A stretch of 11,952 bases of DNA from Myxococcota bacterium (lineage in GTDB: Bacteria; Myxococcota_A; UBA796; GCA-2862545), in NCBI GenBank assembly GCA_039208735.1, contig JBCCQY010000222.1, forward strand, positions 1-11,952, written 5' to 3'. A program made the translations under genes and the position numbers. The notes under the pieces are model-generated. The model saw only the letters and a list, made by a program, of their open reading frames with translations. It did not search any database and had not been told where the DNA came from. Below are positions 8,735 to 11,952 of this stretch, piece after piece (position 1 is the first letter of the stretch; each line of letters starts with the position of its first letter).

Positions 8735-9195
8735 CGTTCCTCCCCGATGGTCCCTGCCGCCTCGTGGATGGCTTCGCGGATTCGCTCGTAGCAACCGCAA
8801 CGACAGACGTTCGTGATGCCCCGGTTGATGTCGTCGTCCGAAGGTTGCGGGTTGGCCTCCAAGAAGGCCGCCACCGCCATCTGCATTCCGGGCTGGCAGT
8901 AGCCACACTGGGGAACCTGACGATCGAGCCACGCCTGCTGAATGGGATGAGGCGCCTCGGGGGTGCCGAGATTTTCAATGGTACGAACCTCGCTTTCACC
9001 GAGCGAGCCCACAGGAGTCACGCACGAGCGAACCGCGCGCCCATTGACGTGGACGGTGCACGCGCCACACAGGGCCAGCCCACAGCCGAACTTGGTGCCG
9101 CGCAGTCCGAGTTCCTCGCGTAGCACCCACAACAGTGGGGCCTCTGGTTCGACGTCGACCTCGTGCCGCGTCCCGTTGACCTTCAGTTCGATCAT
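8731..9195 (-). CDS. iorA: 2x[2Fe-2S] small subunit, isoquinoline 1-oxidoreductase alpha-like (CoxS/CutS family)
   Basis: 154 aa from ATG 9195 (AGGAGG RBS). [28 protein letters not shown]...RSC and [10 protein letters not shown]...NVCRC supply all eight Cys ligands. No signal peptide. Confidence 0.95.
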   Translation of the reverse strand: MIELKVNGTRHEVDVEPEAPLLWVLREELGLRGTKFGCGLALCGACTVHVNGRAVRSCVTPVGSLGESEVRTIENLGTPEAPHPIQQAWLDRQVPQCGYCQPGMQMAVAAFLEANPQPSDDDINRGITNVCRCGCYERIREAIHEAAGTIGEER

Positions 9196-9743
9196 GGGTC
9201 CTCCTGTGTGACGGACCCTGCGTATCGGAGCACGCGCACAAGCGTGAGCCGGTGACGCACAATGAAAGCCCCCTGGCACAGATCGCAAGTCTGGATGTCG
9301 AAGGTCAGTCCGGAGCAGCCAACTCGTCAATGAGCGCATCCGCTGTGGTTCGAGTTCGCAGATCACGCCGGCTTTGGGCAACTTCAGAACCCGGCGGGGT
9401 GGCCCTGAATCGACAATTTGTAGCCGGACACCTCAAGGGCAGACAAAAACGCTTGCCAAGCCCTATCAGGTGCGGCCTCGCATCGCTGGATGGGCCCAGT
9501 GGGCGGAGGACAGACGGTCAACCCAGGCACCCAAGTTTGCCATGTAATTTAACTGTAATGATGAACTCAGAGGAGGGTCGTGGAGCCATCTGATTGAACT
9601 GAACTTGATCATTATTGCATCGAATTCGGATCTTCGACGGACTGTGCGCCAAAGCCGCCTCAAATCAAACTTGCCAGAATTAACAACATCAGCCAACATG
9701 CACGGTACTCGTGTGGCGCAAATCGCAAACATTGGAGGGTGTT
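9196..9743. promoter_or_regulatory. Divergent intergenic/promoter region between the ior operon and the lipoprotein genes
   Basis: 548 bp with no convincing ORF and AT-rich patches at about 9540-9700. Weak sigma70-like candidate TTGCCA (9671-9676)-N17-CAACAT (9694-9699) on the plus strand. RBS GGAGG at 9734-9738. Confidence 0.55.
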
Positions 9744-11675
9744 GTGAAAGGACTTCTGTGGCTGTGGATTCCGTTGCTCGTCGCGTGTGAGCGCGACTCT
9801 GATGATAAGGATCAAACTCCTATTGGCGACGCGGACACCGACGCCGATGCGGATTCGGATACCGATGCGGACACCGACGCCGATACCGACGCGGACACCG
9901 ACACTGACGTGCCCGCATGCCCTGAATTGGCGTTCAACGCACCGGGCATCGAGTTTAACTCCACCGAAGGCCGCACCGACGACCTCGAGAGCAGCTGTGG
10001 CGGCGGCGGGGTGCCCGATACGACCGTCGAGGTGGTCGTCTCAACCGATGGCCACTACGTCTTCCAGCTCGACTCCTTCGACTTCGAGCCCATCGTCACC
10101 TTGCGCGATGCGTGTGACGGAAAGGAACTCACGTGCGGGGTCGTCGACGGTATCTACGCAACCGTCGAGGCAGACTTGGTCGCCGGTGAGCCGGTGATTG
10201 TGGAAATCGATGGAGCCTCGGGGGCGGACGGCGGGGGGTTCGCCCTGTCGGTCTTCGAAGGCGGTGTAGGCACCGACGAACTTGACTGCACAGACCAGTT
10301 CGACAATGACCTCGACGGCCTCATGGATTGCTTCGACCCCGACTGCACGCCCGATCCCACCTGCCTGCCGTCGTGTGCCGACGAGGGTTGGTTTGGGTTT
10401 CCGGCGACGGTCTTTGGCACCACCATTGGCGCAACGAATGACGAAACCTGCGGGTTCGATGGAGGAACGGCAGGCGACGTAAGCTATGCCTGGACCGCAC
10501 CGATCGACGGCCGGTACGCCTTCGAACTGCGCGAGGACGACACCGACTTTGATGCGAGCCTCAAGCTGAGCTACGCGGGGTGCTCAGATGGCGTCGAGGT
10601 TTGCACGAACGCGCCTGGCCAAGGCGGGGAAATTCTTTTCTTCACCATGGTGGCGGGCGACACGGCCATTCTCGTTGTCGATGGGGATGAAGAGGGCAAC
10701 TTTGGTCTGACCGCGTCGTTCGTGGAGTCCTCCGAGATCGATTGCACCGATGGGCTTGATGAGGACTTCGACGGTGGCGCCGATTGCGCCGATCCCGACT
10801 GTGACTTCGAGCCCCAGTGTGTCGAAGTCTGTGACAACCAGATCGACGACGATGGCGATGGGCAGTTCGATTGCATCGACGGTCCCTGCGTGGGGGACCC
10901 TGCCTGCATGCCGGTGTGTCCCGAAGAGACGCTTACCGACGTCATCATCTCCTCCACCCTGGGCCGCCCCAACGTCAACACACCATCCTGCGCCTTTGCC
11001 CCCGGTGCATCGGAGCGCTTCATCGAGTTCACGGCTCCCGAAGACGGCGAATACACCTTCGATCTGAGTTCGTCCGGCACGGACTTTGATAGCGTGTTGA
11101 GCCTGTTGGACTCCTGCGGAGGTGCCGAGCTTGCATGCGACGACGCCTTCAGCTTTTCCGCCCCCAATGGTGGCGAGCAGATCGCCATCGATTTGGTGGC
11201 GGGTCAGACGGTCATTGCGGTGGTCGACGGCAACTTCCCAGGCGCCGATGGAACCTTTGAACTCGTGGTGAGCAAGTTCGATTGCGATACCAACCCCAAC
11301 TGCCTGGAAGTCACCTGGACCAATGAGGTGACCACGGCAGGGTGCTTTACCTTTACGTCCCCGACGTTAAACGGGCCTGATGCGCTGTACGCCCTCAACG
11401 GGCAAGACATCACGCTGGAATTCATCGCGCCGGCGTGGGACTCCACATTCGAAGGCACGCTGATCGGAACCGACCTCGAACTCACCAACGTCGCGACGTT
11501 CGACTTCTTCGGCACCGACTACCAGGTCACCGAAACGATGACGGGCACCCTCAATGGCACCACCGTCACGGGCACCTACCTGTACACGGAATGCGACGCG
11601 ACGAACAATCCCGCGTCCTGCCCGGCCGACGGCTTTTGCGAGGTCACGGCGGACTTCATGTTCGAACTCCCGTGA
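9744..11675 (+). CDS. Acidic Cys-rich modular surface lipoprotein (D-X linker, three PPC-like beta-sandwich repeats, three Cys/Asp repeats, C-terminal beta-rich domain)
   Basis: 643 aa from GTG 9744 (GGAGG RBS). Signal MKGLLWLWIPLLVAC, with the lipobox Cys at 9786-9788. Three homologous domains share DG.Y.F.L...DF...L...C.G.E..C...L/MVAG...I..DG...G.F.L. Three E..C.D/N..D.D.DG..DC.D..C..D/EP.C repeats. Confidence 0.85.
   Translation: MKGLLWLWIPLLVACERDSDDKDQTPIGDADTDADADSDTDADTDADTDADTDTDVPACPELAFNAPGIEFNSTEGRTDDLESSCGGGGVPDTTVEVVVSTDGHYVFQLDSFDFEPIVTLRDACDGKELTCGVVDGIYATVEADLVAGEPVIVEIDGASGADGGGFALSVFEGGVGTDELDCTDQFDNDLDGLMDCFDPDCTPDPTCLPSCADEGWFGFPATVFGTTIGATNDETCGFDGGTAGDVSYAWTAPIDGRYAFELREDDTDFDASLKLSYAGCSDGVEVCTNAPGQGGEILFFTMVAGDTAILVVDGDEEGNFGLTASFVESSEIDCTDGLDEDFDGGADCADPDCDFEPQCVEVCDNQIDDDGDGQFDCIDGPCVGDPACMPVCPEETLTDVIISSTLGRPNVNTPSCAFAPGASERFIEFTAPEDGEYTFDLSSSGTDFDSVLSLLDSCGGAELACDDAFSFSAPNGGEQIAIDLVAGQTVIAVVDGNFPGADGTFELVVSKFDCDTNPNCLEVTWTNEVTTAGCFTFTSPTLNGPDALYALNGQDITLEFIAPAWDSTFEGTLIGTDLELTNVATFDFFGTDYQVTETMTGTLNGTTVTGTYLYTECDATNNPASCPADGFCEVTADFMFELP
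9828..9908 (+). repeat. Coding Asp-X dipeptide repeat (DADTDADADSDTDADTDADTDADTDTD)
   Basis: 81 nt of GAY-NCN hexamers encoding 27 aa, shortly after the lipidated Cys. Synonymous variation between units indicates selection at the protein level. Confidence 0.95.
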
Positions 11676-11724
11676 CCAAAAGCGCGAGGTAGACGGGAGG
11701 CGACCTTGTGAGTCATGATCGGGC

Positions 11725-11952
11725 ATGCGGTACCTGATGACTCGATCCACGCTCCTGTTGGCCGGGGTCGTTGGCTGTTCGGCTGGTCCTCTTGAAGAGG
11801 CCTCCGAAAGCGGCGACTCCGGAGACCTCGTCCCGAACGAAGACCGTGCCTCCGAGGCGCTGTCTGCCAACGTTGAGGTGACCCCTCGCGAAGGTCTGGT
11901 TGACGTCGCACCGCTCGTCAACGTGATCGGCGTGTACGACGCAGAACTCGAC
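11725..11952 (+). CDS. Lipoprotein, 5' fragment, probably starting an Ig-like (Big_5/SbsA-type) domain; runs off the window
   Basis: Not in the ORF track. Translation: MRYLMTRSTLLLAGVVGCSAGPLEEASESGDSGDLVPNEDRASEALSANVEVTPREGLVDVAPLVNVIGVYDAELD, with no stop. Lipobox VVGC, acidic linker, and a VTP..G..DV....I..Y...LD pattern. ATG 11737 is an alternative start. Confidence 0.72.
   Translation, partial: MRYLMTRSTLLLAGVVGCSAGPLEEASESGDSGDLVPNEDRASEALSANVEVTPREGLVDVAPLVNVIGVYDAELD

Noticed and set aside
981..8791. Long plus-strand ORFs such as 981-1817, 2090-2761, 6015-6698 and 8081-8791
   Set aside because: Antisense shadows of well-supported genes, expected in high-GC DNA; no recognisable motifs.
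8735..9381. Extended starts of iorB (8932) and iorA (9381)
   Set aside because: SD-supported ATGs at 8734 and 9195 match the family N-termini, and the Tat motif must be near the N-terminus.
9274..9728. Sigma54 promoters at TGGCAC/TGGCGC/TGGCAA sites
   Set aside because: GG-to-GC spacing is 8 or 11 nt, or the GC is absent, rather than the required 10 nt.
9252..9790. Small ORFs in the intergenic region (9252-9593, 9466-9732, 9605-9790, and MEPSD at 9580-9597)
   Set aside because: No motifs and atypical composition; AGGAGG at 9571 is only 3 nt from the GTG.
9828..9908. Repeat as CRISPR array or DNA-level VNTR
   Set aside because: No spacers; the units are in-frame codons with synonymous variation.

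Overview
GC-rich bacterial DNA. The D-X repeat lipoprotein, short lipoprotein signals, CglB-like vWA lipoprotein and Cys/Asp repeats suggest Myxococcota (inference only). Left to right: (1) a plus-strand ricin-B beta-trefoil gene with an in-frame TGA in its first lobe; (2) a minus-strand run of six genes, transcribed as iorA-like [2Fe-2S] subunit -> Tat-exported iorB-like molybdenum subunit -> four-heme c-type cytochrome lipoprotein, then a palindrome-rich spacer, then a DUF1232 membrane protein -> wHTH-STAND ATPase-TPR regulator -> vWA/MIDAS lipoprotein; (3) a 548-bp divergent intergenic region; (4) a modular acidic Cys-rich surface lipoprotein and the start of another lipoprotein. The best candidate for an under-described system is the periplasmic Mo-hydroxylase whose third gene fuses a c4-type diheme to the Ior-associated diheme domain on a lipid anchor. 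No rRNA, tRNA, CRISPR array or transposase was recognised. All family calls come from motif recognition by eye, not from database searches.
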